From NCBI GenBank assembly GCA_964016885.1, contig OZ024758.1, positions 34,782,001-34,846,000 of the forward strand: a stretch of DNA of 64,000 nucleotides, written 5' to 3'. The notes below the pieces were generated by a model, which was not told where the DNA came from, made no database searches, and saw nothing but the letters and a program-made list of their open reading frames with translations. Within the stretch, counting starts at the first letter, position 1, and each line of letters starts with the position of its first letter. The translations under genes and the position numbers were made by a program. Positions 12,201 through 27,300 of this stretch are shown in pieces. The DNA comes from Eledone cirrhosa (Eukaryota).

Positions 12201-13491
12201 ATGGTACTAGCTGTCAGAAGTAACTCCAATGTTGGTGAGAATTCATTTAAGTTCATGGTATTAGCTGTCAGAAGTAACTCCACTGTTGGTGAGAATTCAT
12301 TTAAGTCATGGTATTAGCTGTCAGAAGTAACTCCACTGTTGGTGAGAATTCATTTAAGTTCATGGTATTAGCTGTCAGAAGGAACTCCACTGTTGGTGAG
12401 AATTCATTTAAGTTCATGGTACTAGCTGTCAGAAGTAACTCCAATGTTGGTGAGAATTCATTTAAGTTCATGGTATTAGCTGTCAGAAGTAACTCCACTG
12501 TTGGTGAGTATTCATTTAAGTCATGGTATTAGCTGTCAGAAGTAACTCCACTGTTGGTGAGAATTCATTTAAGTTCATGGTATTAGCTGTCAGAAGTAAC
12601 TCCACTGTTGGTGAGAATTCATTTAAGTTCATGGTATTAGCTGTCAGAAGTAACTCCACTGTTGGTGAGAATTCATTTACGTTCATGGTATTAGTTTGTC
12701 AGAAGTAACTCCACTGTTGGTGAGAATTCATTTAAGTCATGGTATTAGTTGTCAGAAGTAACTCCAATGTTGGTGAGAATTCATTTAAGTTCATGGTAAT
12801 AGCTGTCAGAAGTAACTCCACTGTTGGTGAGAATTCATTTAAGTCATGGTATTAGCTGTCAGAAGTAACTCCAATGTTGGTGAGAATTCATTTAAGTCAT
12901 GGTACTAGCTGTCAGAAGTCACTCCACTGTTGGTGAGAATTCATTTAAGTTCATGGTACTAGCTGTCAGAAATAACCCCAATGTTGGTGAGAATTCATTT
13001 AAGTTCATGGTATTAGCTGTCAGAAGTCACTCCAATGTTGGTGAGAATTCATTTAAGTTCATGGTATTAGCTGTCAGAAGTAACTCCACTGTTGGTGAGA
13101 ATTCATTTACGTTCATGGTATTAGTTTGTCAGAAGTAACTCCACTGTTGGTGAGAATTCATTTAAGTCATGGTATTAGTTGTCAGAAGTAACTCCAATGT
13201 TGGTGAGAATTCATTTAAGTTCATGGTATTAGCTGTCAGAAGGAACGCCACTGTTGGTGAGAATTCATTTAAGTTCATGGTATTAGCTGTCAGAAGTAAC
13301 TCCACTGTTGGTGAGAATTCATTTAAGTTCATGGTATTAGCTGTCAGAAGTAACTCCACTGTTGGTGAGAATTCATTTAAGTTAATGGTACTAGCTGTCA
13401 GAAGTAACTCCAATGTTGGTGAGAATTCATTTAAGTTCATGGTATTAGCTGTCAGAAGTAACTCCACTGTTGGTGAGTATTCATTTAAGTC

Positions 13492-15320
13492 ATGGTATTA
13501 GCTGCCAGAAGTAACTCCACTGTTGGTGAGAATTCATTTAAGTTCATGGTATTAGCTGTCAGAAGTAACTCCACTGTTGGTGAGAATTCATTTAAGTTCA
13601 TGGTATTAGCTGTCAGAAGTAACTCCACAGTTGGTGAGAATTCATTTAAGTTCATGGTATTAGTTGGTCAGAAGTAACTCCACTGTTGGTGAGAATTCAT
13701 TTAAGTCATGGTATTAGTTGTCAGAAGGAACTCCAATGTTGGTGAGAATTCATTTAAGTCATGGTACTAGCTGTCAGAAGTAACTCCACTGTTGGTGAGA
13801 ATTCATTTAAGTTCATGGTATTAGCTGTCAGAAGGAACGCCACTGTTGGTGAGAATTCATTTAAGTTCATGGTATTAGCTGTCAGAAGTAACTCCACTGT
13901 TGGTGAGAATTCATTTAAGTTCATGGTACTAGCTGTCAGAAGTAACTCCAATGTTGGTGAGAATTCATTTAAGTTCATGGTATTAGCTGTCAGAAGTAAC
14001 TCCACTGTTGGTGAGAATTCATTTAAGTCATGGTATTAGCTGTCAGAAGTAACTCCACTGTTGGTGAGAATTCATTTAAGTTCATGGTATTAGCTGTCAG
14101 AAGGAACTCCACTGTTGGTGAGAATTCATTTAAGTTCATGGTACTAGCTATCAGAAGTAACTCCAATGTTGGTGAGAATTCATTTAAGTTCATGGTATTA
14201 GCTGTCAGAAGTAACTCCACTGTTGGTGAGTATTCATTTAAGTCATGGTATTAGCTGCCAGAAGTAACTCCACTGTTGGTGAGAATTCATTTAAGTTCAT
14301 GGTATTAGCTGTCAGAAGTAACTCCACTGTTGGTGAGAATTCATTTAAGTTCATGGTATTAGCTGTCAGAAGTAACTCCACTGTTGGTGAGAATTCATTT
14401 AAGTTCATGGTATTAGCTGTCAGAAGTAACTCCACAGTTGGTGAGAATTCATTTAAGTTCATGGTATTAGTTGGTCAGAAGTAACTCCACTGTTGGTGAG
14501 AATTCATTTAAGTCATGGTATTAGTTGTCAGAAGGAACTCCAATGTTGGTGAGAATTCATTTAAGTCATGGTACTAGCTGTCAGAAGTAACTCCACTGTT
14601 GGTGAGAATTCATTTAAGTTCATGGTATTAGCTGTCAGAAGGAACGCCACTGTTGGTGAGAATTCATTTAAGTTCATGGTATTAGCTGTCAGAAGTAACT
14701 CCACTGTTGGTGAGAATTCATTTAAGTTCATGGTACTAGCTGTCAGAAGTAACTCCAAAGTTGGTGAGAATTCATTTAAGTTCATGGTATTAGCTGTCAG
14801 AAGTAACTCCACTGTTGGTGAGAATTCATTTAAGTCATGGTATTAGCTGTCAGAAGTAACTCCACTGTTGGTGAGAATTCATTTAAGTTCATGGTATTAG
14901 CTGTCAGAAGGAACTCCACTGTTGGTGAGAATTCATTTAAGTTCATGGTACTAGCTGTCAGAAGTAACTCCAATGTTGGTGAGAATTCATTTAAGTTCAT
15001 GGTATTAGCTGTCAGAAGTAACTCCACTGTTGGTGAGTATTCATTTAAGTCATGGTATTAGCTGCCAGAAGTAACTCCACTGTTGGTGAGAATTCATTTA
15101 AGTTCATGGTATTAGCTGTCAGAAGTAACTCCACTGTTGGTGAGAATTCATTTAAGTTCATGGTATTAGCTGTCAGACGTAACTCCACAGTTGGTGAGAA
15201 TTCATTTAAGTTCATGGTATTAGTTGGTCAGAAGTAACTCCACTGTTGGTGAGAATTCATTTAAGTCATGGTATTAGTTGTCAGAAGGAACTCCAATGTT
15301 GGTGAGAATTCATTTAAGTC
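13492..15320. repeat. 14/15-monomer HOR (753/807 bp)
   Basis: GCTGCCAG-marked units start at 13492, 14245 and 15052. AGGAACGCC-containing blocks start at 13761, 14568 and 15321. Each unit has CCACAGTTGG followed by TAGTTGGTCAG. Confidence 0.85.
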
Positions 15321-18300
15321 ATGGTACTAGCTGTCAGAAGTAACTCCACTGTTGGTGAGAATTCATTTAAGTTCATGGTATTAGCTGTCAGAAGGAACGC
15401 CACTGTTGGTGAGAATTCATTTAAGTTCATGGTATTAGCTGTCAGAAGTAACTCCACTGTTGGTGAGAATTCATTTAAGTTCATGGTACTAGCTGTCAGA
15501 AGTAACTCCAATGTTGGTGAGAATTCATTTAAGTTCATGGTATTAGCTGTCAGAAGGAACTCCACTGTTGGTGAGAATTCATTTAAGTTCATGGTATTAG
15601 CTGTCAGAAGTAACTCCACTGTTGGTGAGAATTCATTTAGGTCATGGTATTAGCTGTCAGAAGTAACTCCATTGTTGGTGAGAATTCATTTAAGTTCATG
15701 GTATTAGCTGTCAGAAGTAACTCCACTGTTGGTGAGAATTCATTTAAGTTCATGGTATTAGCTGTCAGAAGTAACTCCACCGTTGGTGAGAATTCATTTA
15801 AGTTCATGGTACTAGCTGTCAGAAGTAACTCCAATGTTGGTGAGAATTCATTTAAGTTCATGGTATTAGCTGTCAGAAGTAACTCCACTGTTGGTGAGAA
15901 TTCATTTAAGTTCATGGTATTAGCTGTCAGAAGTAACTCCACTGTTGGTGAGAATTCATTTAAGTCATGGTATTAGCTGTCAGAAGTAACTCCACTGTTG
16001 GTGAGAATTCATTTAAGTTCATGGTATTAACTGTCAGAAGTAACTCCACTGTTGGTGAGAATTCATTTAAGTTCATGGTACTAGCTGTCAGAAGTAACTC
16101 CAATGTTGGTGAGAATTCATTTAAGTTCATGGTATTAGCTGTCAGAAGTAACTCCACTGTTGGTGAGAATTCATTTAAGTCATGGTATTAGCTGTCAGAA
16201 GTAACTCCACTGTTGGTGAGAATTCATTTAAGTTCATGGTATTAGCTGTCAGAAGTAACTCCACTGTTGGTGAGAATTCATTTAAGTTCATGGTATTAGC
16301 TGTCAGAAGTAACTCCACTGTTGGTGAGAATTCATTTAATTTCATGGTATTAGCTGTCAGAAGTAACTCCACTGTTGGTGAGAATTCATTTAAGTTCATG
16401 GTACTAGCTGTCAGAAGTAACTCAAATGTTGGTGAGAATTCATTTAAGTTCATGGTATTAGCTGTCAGAAGTAACTCCACTGTTGGTGAGAATTCATTTA
16501 AGTCATGGTATTAGCTGTCAGAAGTAACTCCACTGTTGGTGAGAATTCATTTAAGTTCATGGTATTAGCTGTCAGAAGGAACTCCACTGTTGGTGAGAAT
16601 TCATTTAAGTTCATGGTACTAGCTGTCAGAAGTAACTCCACTGTTGGTGAGAATTCATTTAAGTTCATGGTATTAGCTGTCAGAAGTAACTCCACTGTTG
16701 GTGAGTTTTCATTTAAGTCATGGTATTAGCTGTCAGAAGTAACTCCACTGTTGGTGAGAATTCATTTAAGTTCATGGTATTAGCTGTCAGAAGTAACTCC
16801 ACTGTTGGTGAGAATTCATTTAAGTTCATGGTATTAGCTGTCAGAAGTAACTCCACTGTTGGTGAGAATTCATTTACGTTCATGGTATTAGTTTGTCAGA
16901 AGTAACTCTACTGTTGGTGAGAATTCATTTAAGTCATGGTATTAGTTGTCAGAAGTAACTCCACTGTTGGTGAGAATTCATTTAAGTTCATGGTATTAGC
17001 TGTCAGAAGTAACTCCACTGTTGGTGAGAATTCATTTAAGTTCATGGTATTAGCTGTCAGACGTAACTCCACAGTTGGTGAGAATTCATTTAAGTTCATG
17101 GTATTAGTTGGTCAGAAGTAACTCCACTGTTGGTGAGAATTCATTTAAGTCATGGTATTAGTTGTCAGAAGGAACTCCAATGTTGGTGAGAATTCATTTA
17201 AGTCATGGTACTAGCTGTCAGAAGTAACTCCACTGTTGGTGAGAATTCATTTAAGTTCATGGTATTAGCTGTCAGAAGGAACGCCACTGTTGGTGAGAAT
17301 TCATTTAAGTTCATGGTATTAGCTGTCAGAAGTAACTCCACTGTTGGTGAGAATTCATTTAAGTTCATGGTACTAGCTGTCAGAAGTAACTCCAATGTTG
17401 GTGAGAATTCATTTAAGTTCATGGTATTAGCTGTCAGAAGGAACTCCACTGTTGGTGAGAATTCATTTAAGTTCATGGTATTAGCTGTCAGAAGTAACTC
17501 CACTGTTGGTGAGAATTCATTTAGGTCATGGTATTAGCTGTCAGAAGTAACTCCATTGTTGGTGAGAATTCATTTAAGTTCATGGTATTAGCTGTCAGAA
17601 GTAACTCCACTGTTGGTGAGAATTCATTTAAGTTCATGGTATTAGCTGTCAGAAGTAACTCCACCGTTGGTGAGAATTCATTTAAGTTCATGGTACTAGC
17701 TGTCAGAAGTAACTCCAATGTTGGTGAGAATTCATTTAAGTTCATGGTATTAGCTGTCAGAAGTAACTCCACTGTTGGTGAGAATTCATTTAAGTTCATG
17801 GTATTAGCTGTCAGAAGTAACTCCACTGTTGGTGAGAATTCATTTAAGTCATGGTATTAGCTGTCAGAAGTAACTCCACTGTTGGTGAGAATTCATTTAA
17901 GTTCATGGTATTAACTGTCAGAAGTAACTCCACTGTTGGTGAGAATTCATTTAAGTTCATGGTACTAGCTGTCAGAAGTAACTCCAATGTTGGTGAGAAT
18001 TCATTTAAGTCATGGTATTAGTTGTCAGAAGGAACTCCAATGTTGGTGAGAATTCATTTAAGTCATGGTACTAGCTGTCAGAAGTAACTCCACTGTTGGT
18101 GAGAATTCATTTAAGTTCATGGTATTAGCTGTCAGAAGGAACGCCACTGTTGGTGAGAATTCATTTAAGTTCATGGTATTAGCTGTCAGAAGTAACTCCA
18201 CTGTTGGTGAGAATTCATTTAAGTTCATGGTACTAGCTGTCAGAAGTAACTCCAATGTTGGTGAGAATTCATTTAAGTTCATGGTATTAGCTGTCAGAAG

Positions 18301-21300
18301 GAACTCCACTGTTGGTGAGAATTCATTTAAGTTCATGGTATTAGCTGTCAGAAGTAACTCCACTGTTGGTGAGAATTCATTTAGGTCATGGTATTAGCTG
18401 TCAGAAGTAACTCCATTGTTGGTGAGAATTCATTTAAGTTCATGGTATTAGCTGTCAGAAGTAACTCCACTGTTGGTGAGAATTCATTTAAGTTCATGGT
18501 ATTAGCTGTCAGAAGTAACTCCACCGTTGGTGAGAATTCATTTAAGTTCATGGTACTAGCTGTCAGAAGTAACTCCAATGTTGGTGAGAATTCATTTAAG
18601 TTCATGGTATTAGCTGTCAGAAGTAACTCCACTGTTGGTGAGAATTCATTTAAGTTCATGGTATTAGCTGTCAGAAGTAACTCCACTGTTGGTGAGAATT
18701 CATTTAAGTCATGGTATTAGCTGTCAGAAGTAACTCCACTGTTGGTGAGAATTCATTTAAGTTCATGGTATTAACTGTCAGAAGTAACTCCACTGTTGGT
18801 GAGAATTCATTTAAGTTCATGGTACTAGCTGTCAGAAGTAACTCCAATGTTGGTGAGAATTCATTTAAGTTCATGGTATTAGCTGTCAGAAGTAACTCCA
18901 CTGTTGGTGAGAATTCATTTAAGTCATGGTATTAGCTGTCAGAAGTAACTCCACTGTTGGTGAGAATTCATTTAAGTTCATGGTATTAGCTGTCAGAAGT
19001 AACTCCACTGTTGGTGAGAATTCATTTAAGTTCATGGTATTAGCTGTCAGAAGTAACTCCACTGTTGGTGAGAATTCATTTAAGTTCATGGTATTAGCTG
19101 TCAGAAGTAACTCCACCGTTGGTGAGAATTCATTTAAGTTCATGGTACTAGCTGTCAGAAGTAACTCCAATGTTGGTGAGAATTCATTTAAGTTCATGGT
19201 ATTAGCTGTCAGAAGTAACTCCACTGTTGGTGAGAATTCATTTAAGTTCATGGTATTAGCTGTCAGAAGTAACTCCACTGTTGGTGAGAATTCATTTAAG
19301 TCATGGTATTAGCTGTCAGAAGTAACTCCACTGTTGGTGAGAATTCATTTAAGTTCATGGTATTAACTGTCAGAAGTAACTCCACTGTTGGTGAGAATTC
19401 ATTTAAGTTCATGGTACTAGCTGTCAGAAGTAACTCCAATGTTGGTGAGAATTCATTTAAGTTCATGGTATTAGCTGTCAGAAGTAACTCCACTGTTGGT
19501 GAGAATTCATTTAAGTCATGGTATTAGCTGTCAGAAGTAACTCCACTGTTGGTGAGAATTCATTTAAGTTCATGGTATTAGCTGTCAGAAGTAACTCCAC
19601 TGTTGGTGAGAATTCATTTAAGTTCATGGTATTAGCTGTCAGAAGTAACTCCACTGTTGGTGAGAATTCATTTACTTCATGGTATTAGCTGTCAGAAGTA
19701 ACTCCACTGTTGGTGAGAATTCATTTAAGTTCATGGTACTAGCTGTCAGAAGTAACTCAAATGTTGGTGAGAATTCATTTAAGTTCATGGTATTAGCTGT
19801 CAGAAGTAACTCCACTGTTGGTGAGAATTCATTTAAGTCATGGTATTAGCTGTCAGAAGTAACTCCACTGTTGGTGAGAATTCATTTAAGTTCATGGTAT
19901 TAGCTGTCAGAAGGAACTCCACTGTTGGTGAGAATTCATTTAAGTTCATGGTACTAGCTGTCAGAAGTAACTCCAATGTTCGTGAGAATTCATTTAAGTT
20001 CATGGTATTAGCTGTCAGAAGTAACTCCACTGTTGGTGAGTTTTCATTTAAGTCATGGTATTAGCTGTCAGAAGTAACTCCACTGTTGGTGAGAATTCAT
20101 TTAAGTTCATGGTATTAGCTGTCAGAAGTAACTCCACTGTTGGTGAGAATTCATTTAAGTTCATGGTATTAGCTGTCAGAAGTAACTCCACTGTTGGTGA
20201 GAATTCATTTACGTTCATGGTATTAGTTTGTCAGAAGTAACTCTACTGTTGGTGAGAATTCATTTAAGTCATGGTATTAGTTGTCAGAAGTAACTCCACT
20301 GTTGGTGAGAATTCATTTAAGTTCATGGTATTAGCTGTCAGAAGTAACTCCACTGTTGGTGAGAATTCATTTAAGTTCATGGTATTAGCTGTCAGACGTA
20401 ACTCCACAGTTGGTGAGAATTCATTTAAGTTCATGGTATTAGTTGGTCAGAAGTAACTCCACTGTTGGTGAGAATTCATTTAAGTCATGGTATTAGTTGT
20501 CAGAAGGAACTCCAATGTTGGTGAGAATTCATTTAAGTCATGGTACTAGCTGTCAGAAGTAACTCCACTGTTGGTGAGAATTCATTTAAGTTCATGGTAT
20601 TAGCTGTCAGAAGGAACGCCACTGTTGGTGAGAATTCATTTAAGTTCATGGTATTAGCTGTCAGAAGTAACTCCACTGTTGGTGAGAATTCATTTAAGTT
20701 CATGGTACTAGCTGTCAGAAGTAACTCCAATGTTGGTGAGAATTCATTTAAGTTCATGGTATTAGCTGTCAGAAGGAACTCCACTGTTGGTGAGAATTCA
20801 TTTAAGTTCATGGTATTAGCTGTCAGAAGTAACTCCACTGTTGGTGAGAATTCATTTAGGTCATGGTATTAGCTGTCAGAAGTAACTCCATTGTTGGTGA
20901 GAATTCATTTAAGTTCATGGTATTAGCTGTCAGAAGTAACTCCACTGTTGGTGAGAATTCATTTAAGTTCATGGTATTAGCTGTCAGAAGTAACTCCACT
21001 GTTGGTGAGAATTCATTTAATTTCATGGTATTAGCTGTCAGAAGTAACTCCACTGTTGGTGAGAATTCATTTAAGTTCATGGTACTAGCTGTCAGAAGTA
21101 ACTCAAATGTTGGTGAGAATTCATTTAAGTTCATGGTATTAGCTGTCAGAAGTAACTCCACTGTTGGTGAGAATTCATTTAAGTCATGGTATTAGCTGTC
21201 AGAAGTAACTCCACTGTTGGTGAGAATTCATTTAAGTTCATGGTATTAGCTGTCAGAAGGAACTCCACTGTTGGTGAGAATTCATTTAAGTTCATGGTAC

Positions 21301-24300
21301 TAGCTGTCAGAAGTAACTCCAATGTTGGTGAGAATTCATTTAAGTTCATGGTATTAGCTGTCAGAAGTAACTCCACTGTTGGTGAGTTTTCATTTAAGTC
21401 ATGGTATTAGCTGTCAGAAGTAACTCCACTGTTGGTGAGAATTCATTTAAGTTCATGGTATTAGCTGTCAGAAGTAACTCCACTGTTGGTGAGAATTCAT
21501 TTAAGTTCATGGTATTAGCTGTCAGAAGTAACTCCACTGTTGGTGAGAATTCATTTACGTTCATGGTATTAGTTTGTCAGAAGTAACTCTACTGTTGGTG
21601 AGAATTCATTTAAGTCATGGTATTAGTTGTCAGAAGTAACTCCACTGTTGGTGAGAATTCATTTAAGTTCATGGTATTAGCTGTCAGACGTAACTCCACA
21701 GTTGGTGAGAATTCATTTAAGTTCATGGTATTAGTTGGTCAGAAGTAACTCCACTGTTGGTGAGAATTCATTTAAGTCATGGTATTAGTTGTCAGAAGGA
21801 ACTCCAATGTTGGTGAGAATTCATTTAAGTCATGGTACTAGCTGTCAGAAGTAACTCCACTGTTGGTGAGAATTCATTTAAGTTCATGGTATTAGCTGTC
21901 AGAAGGAACGCCACTGTTGGTGAGAATTCATTTAAGTTCATGGTATTAGCTGTCAGAAGTAACTCCACTGTTGGTGAGAATTCATTTAAGTTCATGGTAC
22001 TAGCTGTCAGAAGTAACTCCAATGTTGGTGAGAATTCATTTAAGTTCATGGTATTAGCTGTCAGAAGGAACTCCACTGTTGGTGAGAATTCATTTAAGTT
22101 CATGGTATTAGCTGTCAGAAGTAACTCCACTGTTGGTGAGAATTCATTTAGGTCATGGTATTAGCTGTCAGAAGTAACTCCATTGTTGGTGAGAATTCAT
22201 TTAAGTTCATGGTATTAGCTGTCAGAAGTAACTCCACTGTTGGTGAGAATTCATTTAAGTTCATGGTATTAGCTGTCAGAAGTAACTCCACCGTTGGTGA
22301 GAATTCATTTAAGTTCATGGTACTAGCTGTCAGAAGTAACTCCAATGTTGGTGAGAATTCATTTAAGTTCATGGTATTAGCTGTCAGAAGTAACTCCACT
22401 GTTGGTGAGAATTCATTTAAGTTCATGGTATTAGCTGTCAGAAGTAACTCCACTGTTGGTGAGAATTCATTTAAGTCATGGTATTAGCTGTCAGAAGTAA
22501 CTCCACTGTTGGTGAGAATTCATTTAAGTTCATGGTATTAACTGTCAGAAGTAACTCCACTGTTGGTGAGAATTCATTTAAGTTCATGGTACTAGCTGTC
22601 AGAAGTAACTCCAATGTTGGTGAGAATTCATTTAAGTTCATGGTATTAGCTGTCAGAAGTAACTCCACTGTTGGTGAGAATTCATTTAAGTCATGGTATT
22701 AGCTGTCAGAAGTAACTCCACTGTTGGTGAGAATTCATTTAAGTTCATGGTATTAGCTGTCAGAAGTAACTCCACTGTTGGTGAGAATTCATTTACGTTC
22801 ATGGTATTAGTTTGTCAGAAGTAACTCTACTGTTGGTGAGAATTCATTTAAGTCATGGTATTAGTTGTCAGAAGTAACTCCACTGTTGGTGAGAATTCAT
22901 TTAAGTTCATGGTATTAGCTGTCAGAAGTAACTCCACTGTTGGTGAGAATTCATTTAAGTTCATGGTATTAGCTGTCAGACGTAACTCCACAGTTGGTGA
23001 GAATTCATTTAAGTTCATGGTATTAGTTGGTCAGAAGTAACTCCACTGTTGGTGAGAATTCATTTAAGTCATGGTATTAGTTGTCAGAAGGAACTCCAAT
23101 GTTGGTGAGAATTCATTTAAGTCATGGTACTAGCTGTCAGAAGTAACTCCACTGTTGGTGAGAATTCATTTAAGTTCATGGTATTAGCTGTCAGAAGGAA
23201 CGCCACTGTTGGTGAGAATTCATTTAAGTTCATGGTATTAGCTGTCAGAAGTAACTCCACTGTTGGTGAGAATTCATTTAAGTTCATGGTACTAGCTGTC
23301 AGAAGTAACTCCAATGTTGGTGAGAATTCATTTAAGTTCATGGTATTAGCTGTCAGAAGGAACTCCACTGTTGGTGAGAATTCATTTAAGTTCATGGTAT
23401 TAGCTGTCAGAAGTAACTCCACTGTTGGTGAGAATTCATTTAGGTCATGGTATTAGCTGTCAGAAGTAACTCCATTGTTGGTGAGAATTCATTTAAGTTC
23501 ATGGTATTAGCTGTCAGAAGTAACTCCACTGTTGGTGAGAATTCATTTAAGTTCATGGTATTAGCTGTCAGAAGTAACTCCACCGTTGGTGAGAATTCAT
23601 TTAAGTTCATGGTACTAGCTGTCAGAAGTAACTCCAATGTTGGTGAGAATTCATTTAAGTTCATGGTATTAGCTGTCAGAAGTAACTCCACTGTTGGTGA
23701 GAATTCATTTAAGTTCATGGTATTAGCTGTCAGAAGTAACTCCACTGTTGGTGAGAATTCATTTAAGTCATGGTATTAGCTGTCAGAAGTAACTCCACTG
23801 TTGGTGAGAATTCATTTAAGTTCATGGTATTAACTGTCAGAAGTAACTCCACTGTTGGTGAGAATTCATTTAAGTTCATGGTACTAGCTGTCAGAAGTAA
23901 CTCCAATGTTGGTGAGAATTCATTTAAGTTCATGGTATTAGCTGTCAGAAGTAACTCCACTGTTGGTGAGAATTCATTTAAGTCATGGTATTAGCTGTCA
24001 GAAGTAACTCCACTGTTGGTGAGAATTCATTTAAGTTCATGGTATTAGCTGTCAGACGTAACTCCACAGTTGGTGAGAATTCATTTAAGTTCATGGTATT
24101 AGTTGGTCAGAAGTAACTCCACTGTTGGTGAGAATTCATTTAAGTCATGGTATTAGTTGTCAGAAGGAACTCCAATGTTGGTGAGAATTCATTTAAGTCA
24201 TGGTACTAGCTGTCAGAAGTAACTCCACTGTTGGTGAGAATTCATTTAAGTTCATGGTATTAGCTGTCAGAAGGAACGCCACTGTTGGTGAGAATTCATT

Positions 24301-27300
24301 TAAGTTCATGGTATTAGCTGTCAGAAGTAACTCCACTGTTGGTGAGAATTCATTTAAGTTCATGGTACTAGCTGTCAGAAGTAACTCCAATGTTGGTGAG
24401 AATTCATTTAAGTTCATGGTATTAGCTGTCAGAAGGAACTCCACTGTTGGTGAGAATTCATTTAAGTTCATGGTATTAGCTGTCAGAAGTAACTCCACTG
24501 TTGGTGAGAATTCATTTAGGTCATGGTATTAGCTGTCAGAAGTAACTCCATTGTTGGTGAGAATTCATTTAAGTTCATGGTATTAGCTGTCAGAAGTAAC
24601 TCCACTGTTGGTGAGAATTCATTTAAGTTCATGGTATTAGCTGTCAGAAGTAACTCCACCGTTGGTGAGAATTCATTTAAGTTCATGGTACTAGCTGTCA
24701 GAAGTAACTCCAATGTTGGTGAGAATTCATTTAAGTTCATGGTATTAGCTGTCAGAAGTAACTCCACTGTTGGTGAGAATTCATTTAAGTTCATGGTATT
24801 AGCTGTCAGAAGTAACTCCACTGTTGGTGAGAATTCATTTAAGTCATGGTATTAGCTGTCAGAAGTAACTCCACTGTTGGTGAGAATTCATTTAAGTTCA
24901 TGGTATTAACTGTCAGAGGTAACTCCACTGTTGGTGAGAATTCATTTAAGTTCATGGTACTAGCTGTCAGAAGTAACTCCAATGTTGGTGAGAATTCATT
25001 TAAGTTCATGGTATTAGCTGTCAGAAGTAACTCCACTGTTGGTGAGAATTCATTTAAGTCATGGTATTAGCTGTCAGAAGTAACTCCACTGTTGGTGAGA
25101 ATTCATTTAAGTTCATGGTATTAGCTGTCAGAAGTAACTCCACTGTTGGTGAGAATTCATTTAAGTTCATGGTATTAGCTGTCAGAAGTAACTCCACTGT
25201 TGGTGAGAATTCATTTAAGTTCATGGTATTAGCTGTCAGAAGTAACTCCACCGTTGGTGAGAATACATTTAAGTTCATGGTACTAGCTGTCAGAAGTAAC
25301 TCCAATGTTGGTGAGAATTCATTTAAGTTCATGGTATTAGCTGTCAGAAGTAACTCCACTGTTGGTGAGAATTCATTTAAGTTCATGGTATTAGCTGTCA
25401 GAAGTAACTCCACTGTTGGTGAGAATTCATTTAAGTCATGGTATTAGCTGTCAGAAGTAACTCCACTGTTGGTGAGAATTCATTTAAGTTCATGGTATTA
25501 ACTGTCAGAAGTAACTCCACTGTTGGTGAGAATTCATTTAAGTTCATGGTACTAGCTGTCAGAAGTAACTCCAATGTTGGTGAGAATTCATTTAAGTTCA
25601 TGGTATTAGCTGTCAGAAGTAACTCCACTGTTGGTGAGAATTCATTTAAGTCATGGTATTAGCTGTCAGAAGTAACTCCACTGTTGGTGAGAATTCATTT
25701 AAGTTCATGGTATTAGCTGTCAGAAGTAACTCCACTGTTGGTGAGAATTCATTTAAGTTCATGGTATTAGCTGTCAGAAGTAACTCCACTGTTGGTGAGA
25801 ATTCATTTAATTTCATGGTATTAGCTGTCAGAAGTAACTCCACTGTTGGTGAGAATTCATTTAAGTTCATGGTACTAGCTGTCAGAAGTAACTCAAATGT
25901 TGGTGAGAATTCATTTAAGTTCATGGTATTAGCTGTCAGAAGTAACTCCACTGTTGGTGAGAATTCATTTAAGTCATGGTATTAGCTGTCAGAAGTAACT
26001 CCACTGTTGGTGAGAATTCATTTAAGTTCATGGTATTAGCTGTCAGAAGGAACTCCACTGTTGGTGAGAATTCATTTAAGTTCATGGTACTAGCTGTCAG
26101 AAGTAACTCCAATGTTGGTGAGAATTCATTTAAGTTCATGGTATTAGCTGTCAGAAGTAACTCCACTGTTGGTGAGTTTTCATTTAAGTCATGGTATTAG
26201 CTGTCAGAAGTAACTCCACTGTTGGTGAGAATTCATTTAAGTTCATGGTATTAGCTGTCAGAAGTAACTCCACTGTTGGTGAGAATTCATTTAAGTTCAT
26301 GGTATTAGCTGTCAGAAGTAACTCCACTGTTGGTGAGAATTCATTTACGTTCATGGTATTAGTTTGTCAGAAGTAACTCTACTGTTGGTGAGAATTCATT
26401 TAAGTCATGGTATTAGTTGTCAGAAGTAACTCCACTGTTGGTGAGAATTCATTTAAGTTCATGGTATTAGCTGTCAGAAGTAACTCCACTGTTGGTGAGA
26501 ATTCATTTAAGTTCATGGTATTAGCTGTCAGACGTAACTCCACAGTTGGTGAGAATTCATTTAAGTTCATGGTATTAGTTGGTCAGAAGTAACTCCACTG
26601 TTGGTGAGAATTCATTTAAGTCATGGTATTAGTTGTCAGAAGGAACTCCAATGTTGGTGAGAATTCATTTAAGTCATGGTACTAGCTGTCAGAAGTAACT
26701 CCACTGTTGGTGAGAATTCATTTAAGTTCATGGTATTAGCTGTCAGAAGGAACGCCACTGTTGGTGAGAATCCATTTAAGTTCATGGTATTAGCTGTCAG
26801 AAGTAACTCCACTGTTGGTGAGAATTCATTTAAGTTCATGGTACTAGCTGTCAGAAGTAACTCCAATGTTGGTGAGAATTCATTTAAGTTCATGGTATTA
26901 GCTGTCAGAAGGAACTCCACTGTTGGTGAGAATTCATTTAAGTTCATGGTATTAGCTGTCAGAAGTAACTCCACTGTTGGTGAGAATTCATTTAGGTCAT
27001 GGTATTAGCTGTCAGAAGTAACACCATTGTTGGTGAGAATTCATTTAAGTTCATGGTATTAGCTGTCAGAAGTAACTCCACTGTTGGTGAGAATTCATTT
27101 AAGTTCATGGTATTAGCTGTCAGAAGTAACTCCACCGTTGGTGAGAATTCATTTAAGTTCATGGTACTAGCTGTCAGAAGTAACTCCAATGTTGGTGAGA
27201 ATTCATTTAAGTTCATGGTATTAGCTGTCAGAAGTAACTCCACTGTTGGTGAGAATTCATTTAAGTTCATGGTATTAGCTGTCAGAAGTAACTCCACTGT